A stretch of DNA of 64,000 bases, taken from positions 11,160,001 through 11,224,000 of the forward strand of contig NC_135660.1 of the NCBI RefSeq assembly GCF_964188315.1, given 5' to 3'. Below are positions 28,426 to 41,719 of the stretch, piece by piece. Every line of letters begins with the position of its first letter. Position 1 is the first letter of the stretch. A program made the translations under genes and the position numbers. Source of the DNA: Podarcis muralis (taxonomy: Eukaryota). The notes under the pieces are model-generated. The model had not been told where the DNA came from and ran no database searches. It saw nothing but the letters and a program-made list of their open reading frames with translations.

Positions 28426-30243
28426 CTGTAGTAGCAAAGGAAAGGCAAAGTAATTTGACTGCTGCAGCAGCAAAACAGAAGGTGTGCCCCACCGATATTC
28501 ATCCCACGATTTTTGAAAACAAAATAACTTCACAATAATTTGTTAGGTTTTGTCACAAATCCCAAATTATCCAGAGTCTAGCATATGCTAATTTACAAAA
28601 AAGAAAGGCTAAGTCAAAAATCCTCCTTTCAGCATTAAAAGAATGAAACAGCAGCAACTTAGCATTCCCTTCATCTTTTGAAATGCTATGCCACTGTATA
28701 TACAAACAGTACAAACAGTACTACAGCAAACAAAGAATATATTTAACACAAGGATAGACTAGATTTGCAACAAAAAAGCAAACATTGTAATATGTGCAAA
28801 TCAAAAGTTGTAAAGAAATTCATTTACTCCCATCAAATTCCATTTACTTCCTAGATTTATCGACTGAGTGAATACAGTGGTTTGGGTGCTAAGAGAATTT
28901 AAGTTAAAGAAGTACATAGAAGAAAGGTTCCCACCACAGCCCCACTCTGTGCCTTCCCAGCCCCCACAGTCAGACATGGGTGGTTGAAGGAGGAAGGGAT
29001 TGGAAAAGTGCCTTCAGTAAACTTCCTTAAGTTAACTTCTCTTAGGATATATTCCAGTACACTTAACTCCAAATATTTGTTTAAAATTATGTTTGCTTTC
29101 TATTTCCAAGCTTGGCTAAGACTTCTGCCTCTATTGTGCCAAAGCAACTTCCTGTTGCAAAATAAACAAGGTTTATCAATAATCTAATTTCATCATATAT
29201 GCAGATTGTTCACTCTTTCCCCCCATGCTATTTCTTTCCCTTAAATAACTGCCATGCTATTCCTTTCCCTTAAATAACCGTCTTTGTTCAACATGCCACT
29301 TCCCTTATTTTTTAAGCTCCTCTTTGAAACCACTTCTGCAACAGTTATATTTTGAAAAAACAACCCACAGCATGCTTCATCTGCCCCCTCTGTTCCACAG
29401 GATTCTTCTCTATATCACCTCTGCTTCTGGTTACTTTCGTCTGCTGCTCCAATCTTGCCTAAGAGAGTACAAAGCCCTGGCAAATCATCACTTTTATAGT
29501 GCATACAGCAGCTAAGATAACCATAGCACTACATTTTCAATAGCAATAGTAATGAGAAGTTATCCTACTACTAGAATTTTCTTGTTAAACTCCGTAAGCG
29601 AACAACTATTCCTTAAATACAACATATTTCAGTTAAATTTGTCTAATGTTTGGAAACAGATCCCAGTATATTTGCCTCCCACTTCTTCAATGGTAACCAG
29701 TGTATTTTCAACATCAGCTTATAGGTTAGTGGATTCAAGAACATTCCCCAAAAGTGGAGTCCTGCAAAGAACATGAGTCACTTTCCCAGGGGCAACAATA
29801 CTTGCCGATGTGAAACTCCTGTCCCCGAATGCCAAATTTTCAGCCTAGAAATCCCAAACCTCTAAAGTCTAAAGAACAAAATGTTTTCATTCTCTCTTCG
29901 GGCATGTCAGTCACTCCAGAATTCAGAGCAAGAACTGGCAGCGTTGCCAGCCTGCCTGCTTTTGTGGCTCTCCAAGTCTGTTGCATAGTGACAGTGGCAT
30001 GGCTTGCCATCTTGATTGTGTGCGCTGCTGCTCTGCTCTTCTAGCTTGTAAAACTGGCAACATCTTAAAATACAGACAATTCAACAATCCAATGACATTA
30101 TCGGTTCTAAAGATTTTGGTTGTATTAAAGGCACTCAAGCTTTCTCTTTATACTTTTAGAGTTCACTATGTGCAAAGCAGTTAAGCCCCCCCCCCCCAAA
30201 TGGGCTGATAAATTTAAGCTCCCTCAGTACGCGTCTGTAGTAG

Positions 30244-30577
30244 TAAAGGTAAAGGGACCCCTGACCGTTGGGTCCAGTCGCAAACGACTCCGGGGTTGCT
30301 GCACTCATCTTGCTTTACTGGCCGAGGGAGCTAGCGTACAGCTTCTGGGTCATGTGGCCAGCATGACTAAGCCGCTTCTGGCGAACCAGAGCAGCGCACG
30401 GAAATGCCGTTTACCTTCCGGCTGGAATTTATCTACTTGCACTTTGATGTGCTTTTGAACTGCTAGGTGGGCAGGAGCTGGAACCAAACAACGGGAGCTC
30501 ACCCTGTCGCAGGGATTCAAACCACCGTCCGTCTGATCGGCAAGCCCTAGGCTCTGTGGTTTAGACCACAGCGCCAC
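30244..30577 (-). mobile_element. Sauria SINE
   Basis: Reverse complement of tRNA-like head GTGGCGCTGTGGTCTAAACCACAGAGCCTAGG and (ACCTTT)n tail. Confidence 0.92.
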
Positions 30578-31397
30578 TGAAACACATAAAACACAGGTAG
30601 GAAGGTTCACTACCCTAGACACAATGTAGAATAGAAGCAGAGATGCATTAAGTTTTTGTTATATCTTTTCACACCAACTTCCTGATATTACTGGAACCTT
30701 CAAGATAGCTTATTAGGAAATAATATCATAGCCAAGGATGTAAAAAGGTTAAAAGACAACCCCAATATCTTGCTCCCAATGCACTTTCACTGAACAGTTA
30801 TTGATAAACAGGATTGAAGGTCTCTAAATCAGTATGAATGACAACAGCTTCAATGGCAGGAGAGTGTATCTTTAACATTTTAAACTGTGTACATTGATAC
30901 AACAAAAATAACATTGCTCAGAAGCAAAATATTAACTTTTGTATTTTAGCTTACTTGTATTGCTCATTTTTTACAGTAGAGTGTATGTTTCCACTATTAA
31001 AGATAACTAAGTGTGTTCAGTGTGTTCAACGTCGTATCTGAGTAGTTTAGGGCCAAAAGTTCTATGCAGGGGACCAGAATCCTATCATCAGGTAGTTTGC
31101 TGAGACCAGAAGACTTTTTATGACTAACAAACATGGGTTAGGGTTAATGATCAGGCATACTGTGTGCCACTTATTGGTGACAAAGAAACTTTCCCCTATT
31201 ATCAGTGCATCTTCTCAGTGCCATCCAGCAGTTAATTTTCAATAGGTTAGAAGCCTCTTACAATCTGGCCCTGAGAGTGTTATGATGGAATCCTCTATTA
31301 ACAAAGGTGCCTGTGCTCCATTTGGTCTTGTTTCATTGTAGGATTGTCTATTACTGAGATCCAAGGATGTGGACAAGGTTTTTGGTAAAGTCTAGGC

Positions 31398-31583
31398 CAG
31401 GGGTAGTCAACCTGTTTATACCTACCACCCACTAATGCATCTTTCTTGATGGTAAAATTTCCTTACCGCCCATCAATGCTTGATGGAAGGAGGATGCAGC
31501 TTGTGCCATAGAACCCCCTACCATCCACCTAGAATCCTGAAACGCCCACTAGTGGGCGGTAGGGACCAGGTTGACAACCCCTG
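31398..31583. mobile_element. hAT MITE, same family as 11326-11510 in opposite orientation
   Basis: TIR CAGGGGTAGTCAACC...GGTTGACAACCCCTG; perfect TSD GTCTAGGC. Confidence 0.92.
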
Positions 31584-33554
31584 GTCTAGGCAACCAACCC
31601 TTGCCTTTCATGGCTTATTACTTCTAGTAGGGAGAGGCTGTTTGGCTGAGTACAGGAGGTTGCAAATTTCTCCCAGTGAAGGGCTATGTTATTTTTTAAA
31701 AAGTGGTTATTAGATGTGAACAATTATAGACTGGCTGCTGACTCCCCCACTTTTTGGATGAAGGAGTTCAGGCCAGGTGAACCCCAACCACTCTTGGGCG
31801 AAACTGATTTTCTAGATCTGGGGTGGGAAATCTGTCACCCTCCATGGACTCCAGCTTTTTCTTAGAGGTGTGCCTGGCAACCATATTATGGTCTTTTTTG
31901 GAAATTTTAATCTAGTTGCACAAAACCTCAGTTATTGGATGGTACAGTACTATATTGTACAGGTGTTACGTTTCAGGAAAAGTGCAAAAATGTGTATACT
32001 CTAATCACCTTCTTGGAATTGCACCTGTGCAACCATCCTTACTTTCTGGAACTGGTGCACCAAGCCGACCTTACCCAAGCAAAGCAGAGAGCTTTTAAGC
32101 TCTCCATTTTACTTACTGGTCAAGTTCCGCTCGGTATGCAGGGTCTGGGATGCTTTCACTAGATCTCATGGGGATCTTGCAAGAACATCCCATTTCCTGT
32201 GTGCTGAGCGGAATTTGCCTAGTAAGCAAGGCAGAAAGTTTAAAAAGCTCTTCCAGTGCTGGGAAACCTGGTGCAAAAGGAGCTTTTAAGGTCTCCACTT
32301 TGGGTGCAATTAATTTGCAGAAAATCAACTGGCCGGTTTTCAACTGCACAATGCTAAAAATGTGTAAGTTAACTGATTGCAAGACGCAATAGTACAGTAT
32401 ACAAATATTGTTAATAAATAAATAGGTGTACTAAATTTCCTGATTTCAAATAACACATTGAACAGAATGTAACGTTTGTAGCAGCTGGGGCTTAACTATT
32501 TTGAAATAGACAACTTAACTTAATTACACTCCAACTAGGAAACCATTAATATACCTTTTGAAAAAGTGAAGAAAAAGATAGGGGCTGAATTTTATATATC
32601 TATATCTATATCTAATCTATATCTATATATAGAACTTCTGGATAGTTAGCAATGCAAGTCAGGAAAGTTTAAATAATATGTTCCTGTTCTTGAATCTTTA
32701 TGATAAAGTAAAATGCAAATCTTGGAGTAGAACATGATCAACATAAGTGAATACTGACCAATAAATAGCCAAGAGTAAAGTCATGGGAGTCATTCATCTT
32801 TCAAAATCCCTGCTAAAAATTTATCACTCATTTGGGCCCACCACTACAACGGCTAGATATTTCCGCTCCTCCTTCAGGTTCAATACTTATATTGCGACTG
32901 TTAAAGCCACATTTTTATTGCCAATGAGTACTCTGCAATCTCATTTAGAAAAATCTGTCCTCTCCATCTGGATCTGGTCTGTTTTCTTGGACTGTATTTC
33001 TGTCTGTGCTAATAAAACATTAAACTGAAATAGCAAGAGCTGCAGCACTGTTGGAAAATGTTACTAACCGTGAAAACTAGCTAGAAATTGTAACTTTATA
33101 TACAAACAAAAATATTACAAAACAAAACCTTGCCAATAAGCCCTGCAAAATTACTAGACTGATTTTTCAAACTCATCTGCTTTTTACTCTTCAACAAATC
33201 TTTGTATGAGTGAAAAAAAAAGAACAGAGGGTAGTAAGTTTTTAAATAGGTAGACTACAAATAAAGAAGGGTGGTAAAGAAAGCAAGAGGCATTGCCAGC
33301 CTCCTCTGGCAGTCCACCTGATATCTATACTGGATGTGAAGAAGGAGATTTTGCCTCATGAGCATCTGGCATAGAAGCGCAGTGGGCACAGATTGTCCCA
33401 TTTCTATTCTTAAATTCCAGATCAGGATTTTGTAAGTAAATTAAATGTACTAGTCAGTTGGTGAGCTATTACTTACACACACACACACACGTTCTCATTT
33501 TGTATTTTTAAGTTGTGAGCCACCCTGTGATCTTTGGATGAAGGGTTGTATACA

Positions 33555-33589
<35 letters not shown>

Positions 33590-33937
33590 GCAACAACAAC
33601 AACAACCTCTCTCTCATACATGTTGTAAACTACTTTGATATTTTCTATAAAATTGTAACATATAAGTATTTTTTCCAAATAAATTAACAGATAGTATCAA
33701 CTTGGCCACTCACCTGCAAAATTAGGTTACACACACAGCAAATTGGCAATATAAATAACAATCCTACCACTATTATGTGGAAATAATTATAGAGCTAATA
33801 TAAAAGGCAGGAAAATATCAATATCCAAAATTTGGGGGGAGTTTTTCAAATTGTTCACGATAATCCACAATTAGTCAAACAGAGGGACTCTGAGATGAAT
33901 TTCTTTAGGTGTAGGATCAGTTTGTAAGCTAACAGTT

Positions 33938-33945
<8 letters not shown>

Positions 33946-33967
<22 letters not shown>
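33946..33967. repeat. Poly(A)22 run (poly-T on PIK3CA sense strand)
   Basis: Direct reading. Confidence 0.95.
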
Positions 33968-33970
<3 letters not shown>

Positions 33971-35351
33971 GTGGTTCCAACAGGATGCCCTTTTCTAGCC
34001 TAGGTACAGTATTGGGGTGGGGGTGGCAGGGAAGGAACAGTAGGTTTTGGTGAGGGAAAAATTATGTCAATGGAGGGAGTTCCTCCTATATATGCAGCAT
34101 AGAAACACAGTGGGCTGACAGCAGTGATACTGAGAGATCCACTGCGGTCTGCTGCATTTCCAACCCACGTTGGTTTTTTTTACTATCCACCTTTTACTCA
34201 TTAGATTTACTGGCAAGAGAGGAACATGATGTCCTGTCCATCCTTTGTGACCACTTTTTAAAGGTAAAAAGGAAATTAGTAAACATATTTGGAGGCGAAT
34301 AACTTTCTTTGGGAAGTGGGAAGGAAGCATACAAGTATGAGAGTTATGCAGTTAGAATTTCTTCTCATATTGCAGCTCCACATGCACATATTAGCAGGCT
34401 GAAGAAAAAAGTATATCAAAGCAAAGGGATTGTCAGGGCTATCAAACTTTCCAGCTTGGCACACTTTGTCTAAGCCAACTGACCTAGGAGTTGGAGTAAT
34501 AGCCGCTAGGAACTTTGTTAGAGGAGATTCTCCTGCTTTAATAAATACCTTAAACCTAGATGTTGTTGCACTCCAACTCCCAACAGCTCTAGCCGGGATG
34601 GCCAGTGATCAGGGATGTTGCAAGTTGTAGTCTAAGAACATCTGAATAGCCATGGGTTCCTCACCATTGCCTTAAATATTAGAGGGCATGAGGCTGAACT
34701 TTGCCAAGCCAGAACAACTTCTTAGGCTACCATCTCAGTCTCACATGAACATCCTATTAAGCAGCATATAAGAGCGTTATTACAGTTTTAGTGTCTTCAA
34801 ATTGAACTCTGGAAAGTGAGGGAACCAACACACACAAAAACCACCTTTTACATTTGCATGTGGCATTAGTCATTACTGACCTTTAGGTTCCCAGAAGTAG
34901 TAGTAGTAAATAATAATTCTATACCCTGGTCTATAGTGATATTTAACACTAAAGCAGTTATAATTATTATTGAGTTATCTTTGTTTTTGTTTTTATTACA
35001 TGTTTTGTTTTTTATGTATTGTAAACCGCCCTGAGATCTACGGGTATAAGGCGGTATACAAATTTAATAAATAATAAAAATAAAGCAACATACTGTGAAT
35101 ATCATCTAAAGCACACATGGTACAGGAAGCAGGGGTGAAAAGTTATACTTTTCATCCTCTTTTGAACATTGTTCCTCTTACAAACTCACCACTGTTTCAT
35201 AACTTTGTGAATTTTATCAATAGTCTCCAAGTTGCATATGTCAATATAAAGTATTCTGACGGGCAGGACTTCATTGCTATTGTCTCTAAACCAGTCTGCT
35301 CAAAATTCTCCTCCTCCTAAACTTGTATACTCAGTCAGAAGCTGACCCACT

Positions 35352-36155
35352 GGAGAGACCAGTCAGGAGTAAATATGGACCAATGGTATCTAATTGTATG
35401 GAAACGGCCTTACTAGAAAAGCTAACCAATAAACTGAAACTGACACAGGGACAAATAGAAGAGGATGCCTTCACCCCAGTATGGCTCCCCTTTATCACAT
35501 ACACAGCCCAACAAGACAACAAGAATAATCCACTGGCAGCATAGGAATCAATCTGGCTTACCTGACCCAATAACCCCCCCCCCAATGCAAACAAACCCCA
35601 TTGCAGCCAACCACAGACAACCAACCACACCCTACCCCCCCCAATAACTCTCACTACCAAGGGAATGTAATAAACAAATAGAAAGAGAACCTACCCAGTT
35701 GACACTGACACAAAACCCCACATGTGCACTATACAAAAGAATATAAGCCTCACCACACCACTCCTCCCCCCCCATCTTTATACAGTGGTACCTCGTGTTA
35801 TGTACCATCCCCCTTACGAATGCTGCGGGTTATGCGCTCCGCTAACCTGGAAGTAGAAGCCCCTTGTTGCGACCTTTGCCCCGGGATGTGAGCGGAAGTT
35901 GCGCTCCGATGGTGTGGCAGCAGCGGTAGGCGCCATTAGAGAAAGTGTGCCTCATGTTACGAGCTGTTTCCTGCTATGAACGGACCTCCAGAACGGATTA
36001 AGTACGTAACACGAGGTACCACTGTACTGTACTCAACAGTAATGTCTCACAACAAATGTAACTGATTTGTTAAGAAAGACTGTACAACCTGAAAAAAGAG
36101 ACAAGGTGTGTACTTTTGTAAACTAAGAAAATCTTTAATAAAAATAAATTAAAAA
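35352..36155 (+). mobile_element. 5'-truncated L1-type LINE 3' end
   Basis: ORF2 C-terminus-like ETALLEKLTNKLKLTQGQIEEDAFTPVWLPFITY*; AATAAA plus A-rich tail; 15-bp TSD AGAAGCTGACCCACT (35337-35351, 36156-36170). Confidence 0.8.
35783..36024. mobile_element. Tigger-like MITE nested in the L1 3' UTR
   Basis: 23-bp TIR CAGTGGTACCTCGTGTTA(T/C)GTAC; TA duplication. Confidence 0.9.
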
Positions 36156-38053
36156 AGAAGCTGACCCACTACAAAACCAAAGCAAGCTAGAAACAGAAAA
36201 TCTTCCAAAATGCAGGGAGTTTCAGATTGTATTTGGTATCCAAAATAAATTCCATGTATAACTGAGGACAAAGAAAGCAAAGCTTCAGACTTTCTCAACT
36301 CTTCCTTCTACTCTTCAGTTCTGCTTATAGATTGTAGATGAATGAACGAGATTTAATAACTGAATGTACTTGTCACTCAGGATACAAAAGCTACATTCAT
36401 AAATTTGCCCTGGATCATATGCTGATGCCTCCAATACAACTGAATATTTCAGGGTGTTGACATACCAGAATGAAAGTAATATGGGAATTTTGACAAGGGA
36501 ATTTCACTCTTCATGGAATGCATAGTCAGGAAAATGCTTCTTGCATTATACTAGAGTATTTACAAACTCATAAGAGAGAGAATATATTGTTATCAGCTAA
36601 TGGCAAGAGTAAAAAAAGTATATTGCTATTGCTGCTCCATGCAATCCAAACTGATGTCCAGAATTAGAGGAGACTAAGCATGAGGTAGAACCCACAACTG
36701 TACTTAGCCAATCAACTCACTGATGTGACCTTTCTCCTCTAGAGTAAACCCACAGCTGTTCCATCACATTGTTCATTCTCCTCTGCAGTTTAGTGAATAA
36801 ATATATCTGGGATTCAAGGGGTATGTTGCCATTTTTTCTTCCCACCCCAAATTAATTGATAGCTGCTGGGGCAATACATCATTTGGACTGTTCAAGCAAT
36901 GGAACACCATGTCAATTTTTCATTGACTGTACTGGTTGGGTTTAGTGAAAGAGGGGGAATAGCTACTGCCATCGCTGATAACCATGCCACTGCTCAGACA
37001 TACAGACCTGGGAGGCCCCTAAGTCCATTGAAACATATGTACATAGAGTAGCCAAATGAGATTTAAGGCAGCTATAGGCTTTTATTTCCTGTTACAACCT
37101 TGAAACCATTACCGGTATGTGTGCTTTCTAAGCATTACAAAAGGCTACTGCAATGGGTTCTAGGGAGGCTGATCTTGATAATGGCATGAAAACTTCAGCT
37201 TGTGGAAAATACTTCAGGTCCCCATGTGGCAAGGATGTTCCCAGCATCTTCATCAACCCCGCACTGAATTCAAGGTGCTAGTCATGATGCAGAAGGGGTA
37301 AATGGCTAATGCTGAAAATATTTAAGCAACTGTTTCCAATTCCTACGGCAAAATGTGATAATACTGACCATGTCACCTTCTTATGTTAACCATTCAGGAA
37401 CAAATTAAAGGAGCAAGGGCACAGAAAGAGGTATTCAAGGTAGCTGTCACTTAGTTTGGCCAAAAAAATTGCTGATCTTGGGTGGCATTTTATATAATAA
37501 TGATAAATACTATAAAATTCAGGTGAGGAGCTTCCAAGATATTGTAACACACATAATGCTATAATAAGCAGAGCCTTGGAGGGCCCATAGTTCAGTGATG
37601 AAGAACATGCTTTGCTAGCAGAAGGTATTACTCCTGACATCCCCAATAAACTGATCCCAAGTGGCAGGGAAAGGCCTCTGCCCACATTGTTAGAGAACTG
37701 CTGCCTGGGCTATATCTAACTCATTGGCCTGGTTTTTATGTAATCCTAAACCATGGTTTGTTTAATAGCACACACATTAACTATGAAGTTAACAAATGAC
37801 CAAATAAATCATGTCTTTTTTCCACTAAATTTGTTTTCTAGTTGCCATTGCAATTGGCTGAGTGTCTGGGGTGGGGTAGTCAAACAAATAATGGTTAAAA
37901 GGATGGTGCTGGGTTTACACATAACACCTAGCCATACTTAAAAGAAATCAAGGTTCATAACCCAACAACAAGCTATGGCTTCAGATTGCAGTTTGCTATT
38001 AATAAATAAGTCATAGTTAAAGTACTGGACAGCATTCACACATAATGCTAAAC

Positions 38054-38672
38054 CAGGGGCCAGCAAACTTTTTCAGGAGGGGGCCGGTCCACTGTCCCTC
38101 AGACCTTGTGGGGGGCCAGACCCACCCTCTCCAAAAAGCACCCCCTCCTGAAAGGACCACCGCCACCGCCACTCACACTGCCACCGCCTTGTCTTTGACA
38201 TCAGTGTCCTCTGTCTCGGCGAGGCACAGAGCTCAGGCTGCTGGCCTGGGTGGCGGAGGCAGCATCCTTGCCACGGCTTCCTCCCATTCGGCTCTTCCCG
38301 CTCGGTCACTTCCTCCCACTCGGCCGCCTCTGGGTGCCGCCCCCTCCTTCCCACTGAGGCGGCCAAGTGGGAGGATGCGGCTGAGCAGGAAGAGCCGAGT
38401 GGGAGGAAGCGACGATGGTGCAGAGGCTGCGCCAGCATCGCCGCCCACCCAGAGGCGTCCGTGGCTTCTGATTGGCCGCAGGAGCTTCCTGCAGCCAATC
38501 AGAACCAGTGTCGCATCGCGGAAGTCAGTCCCCGCACGGCGAGCCCTCCATGCCGCGTTGGTTTAGCGTGGGGACTGACTGAGTGGGCGGCAGGGTCTGC
38601 AAGGTTTGCGGGCTGGATTAACGAGCCCAGCGGGCTGCATCCAGCCTGCAGGCCTTAGTTTGCCAACCCCTG
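38054..38672. mobile_element. GC-rich hAT non-autonomous element
   Basis: TIRs CAGGGGCCAGCAAACT / AGTTTGCCAACCCCTG; TSD TGCTAAAC / TGCTAGAC. Confidence 0.85.
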
Positions 38673-39436
38673 TGCTAGACCATTGTTTAATAAAACAAGT
38701 TTAATAAACCAAGTTAAGTATTATGAGAGAACCAGGCTAATATAAGGTTGGATTCAGTATAAGGCAAATTGCTATATTCACCTGCAAATAAGTCCACAAG
38801 AATTACTAACCCACACATGTCAGAACTTCATTGCAGTGAAACTAGACATGATGAGGGAAACCCAAGGGTCCCAATCTCATGTTTCCGTTGTAAGGCTTAA
38901 AGTAGAGCAGCTAACAATTACCTTACCCCCTGATTCTTCTTTTAAAATTCAAGCTACCTGGCAGTTTTTAATTCCCCTACTCCCAGCCAGGCTCTGACTG
39001 AAACAAGTAGTAAGGGGGGTGGACAGCTTTGGGGTGCATCTGCAGAAGAGAATCAGCAGGCAACTGAAGGATTAACAGCCCTCTCCACTGCTAGCCCTCC
39101 CTTGTCAGAGCCCCGTCCCTAACACGCTCATTATCTAGGCAAGTCACACATTTGCTGATAAAAAAATGTTCCTCCCAGAAATACTACAATGTTTTCTAAT
39201 GCAGAAGGCCACACCCAAGACAAAACTAATGTTATGTCTTTCTGCTTCAAAAATGGCAACTGGCTACCACTAATGAGCATTTTAAAATCACATCTGTTCA
39301 CAGAAACAAACATCAGCTTGCATAACAAAAGCAAACACTTAGTATTAATCACAAAAGCAGCCTGTTAACGTTCATCTTTCATTGCATGCTTGTTCAGATG
39401 CAGAGTGCAAGCCATTCTGTTTTACAAATAAATACA

Positions 39437-39620
39437 GGCTGCAATCCTATGCACACTTACCTGCAAGGAAGTTCTAACGAACAAAGTGGATCTTACTTCT
39501 GAGGAAACAAGCATAGAATTGTGCTATATGGCTGCAAAGCCACACACACTTAGCTGCGAGTAAATGTCACTGAACACAGTGTGACTTCCTTCCAAGTAAA
39601 GATGAATATGATTGCATTGC
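39437..39620. repeat. Tandem copies of the short palindromic GGCTGCAATCCTATGCACACTTAC...CATAGGATTG interspersed repeat
   Basis: Related copies at ~41300-41460, ~46330 and ~49560-49810. Confidence 0.6.
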
Positions 39621-41719
39621 ACAGAGATGGTCCAGTCCAATGGTTATTTATTTCCTCCCCTACTTTCCTCCCTCCTGCACATACAGTGCTAAGCATTTCT
39701 TCATAGAATATGGACCAGATTCTTCCTTAATTAAAGAAAGTACAAACAGGTCAACCAAGCAGGGACAGGACTTTAGTCCAGCTCGGACAAAGTCAGTTTC
39801 CAATGGGAAACAGCTGCTTGGAGACAAAAGGAACACATTGAACAGAAACAAAAACGCACACAAGTATATTTCTTACTTGGCAAAGCATACACATGCAACA
39901 GTTTTCCAAAGGTTGCCTGTTGAAGTTTATTAACCTAATTAGCATTATTTAAGGCACTACCATTGTTTATACTTAATTTTCATTGTCTTGGATTATTTCA
40001 CACACCAGTGTTCTTATGTTAGATATTACCACAATATTACCAAAGTCACTAAATATTTGTGTGTGTACACTACCATCTTTAGTATTAAGTCCCTCTTCAA
40101 TGTCTTTAATTTAAAAAAGGGCTTCTTCATGACCTACAAATACATGTACTGAAGTGCCAAGAAATACAGCAAGTTAAACAAGGCAATCTTCACATTATTA
40201 GCCTCCTCTGCTCTTCACAAAAACAGCGGTATTTAACTAGGCACATTTCTGAATATAACTGTTCTACTTGGGAGCTATAATAAGTGTTTCAAACAAATAT
40301 TCTAACAAAGCATACTTTGTAAAATATAAAACATGCTTATGAAACAGCATTAAAGAGATTTGCCCCTCCTTTTTACAGCAGCTCTACTCGTTCTTGAGCT
40401 TCGTAACGATGTCCACAAAGAATAACCACTGAAATTATGCAATTTGTTTTTCAGGTCTCATGATTACTCAGGGATATAATTTGGAACCAGGAAGCTGTGT
40501 GGCTTTTGAATTATGTACAAACACATTCATTGACAAAACAAATCTGCCTTAGGTCAGTGTATCATGAGGATGGTGTCCCCTTTCTAAAGCTCAATACACT
40601 GGCCTCATATGTTCACAAGTGACAGATTCCCATCACAACAATGAGCACCAGACTACCACAACAATAAATGCAAGAAGGCAGCAAACGACACTTCTTCCCT
40701 GCTAGCCTGATTGAAACCGCTTGAGTTGCTTGCGTAGGCGCGTGTGCACACGCACTCCAAACAGCAAGGAAGGGGTGGTGGCTGCAAACAGCTTTGCTAG
40801 TAAACCACCGAAACCCTAATTTCTAGTGTTTCTTCCAACCTCACTGTGCAGGGACCAGGGGAGAGGCTGAGAGGGACAGGTAAACATTGCAAAGTAGCAA
40901 GGGAATAGAGGGAGTGGCAGGGTCTGGGTCTCTTTCATTCATCCCAAGCAGCTCTTCCCAAAAGGAAGCACTGAGAGGGAATGCGGAAGGGGCAGAGGAA
41001 TGGGGATCCAGGAAGAATGGAGGCACAAAAACAGGATGCGAGGAGGGAGAGAACCCACAGGTTGAGAGGATCCAGTGAACAGGAAAACAAGGAGGCCCTC
41101 AGACGATAGACAAGGGGGCTATGAAACAGGGTGTGTAAAGAGGACGCTAAAAAGGTTCTTCATACAGGATGCCATTGGGCTGGGGTATGAGAAGGGTTGA
41201 GTAAAAGAGAATGGGGGATAGGAAACTGGTAAAGGGACACAGGTGGTGGAAACAGGGTGTGTGGATCTGATGTCCTATATAGTCTACATCAAAAAAGACT
41301 AAGGTTGCAGTCATGACCCCACTGAATTCAACAAGACTTATTTCTGAATATACATGGTCAGGATTGTGCTATAAGGCTACAATCCTGTGGCACCTACCCA
41401 GGAGTAAGTCCTGCGGAACACAGCGGGATTTTCTTCCAAGTCAACAAATTTAGGATTTGGGCGCAACACAGAGAAGAAGCATCTTCTGTTAGACTCTCCC
41501 CACAGCAAGTTTGTCTTCCAAGGTGCTAGACTAGCCTTTTCTCTCTCTCTCTCTCTGCAACAAAACTCCTCTGGAAATACCTTGCAAGGAAGAAGACCGT
41601 GAGAGGAAATGGGAATTTCCTCCTGAAGAGAAAGTAAGCGTGGACGTGTATGTGTGTGATACACGAGAGTGAAGGTGCTGCCAGAGAGAAGAGGAAACTC
41701 TCAACTTCACAGGGTGGTT

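Noticed and set aside
27607-28492. ORFs of 222 aa (+) and 254 aa (-)
   Set aside because: They run across a Tigger MITE and a hAT element with defined TIRs and TSDs; no transposase motifs.
38045-38566. 173 aa and 141 aa ORFs
   Set aside because: Interior of a GC-rich non-autonomous hAT element.
39449-39475. CTTCCTTGCAG|GTAAGT recursive-splice-like motif on the PIK3CA sense strand
   Set aside because: The donor comes from the palindromic interspersed repeat, the pyrimidine tract is short and another AG lies just upstream.
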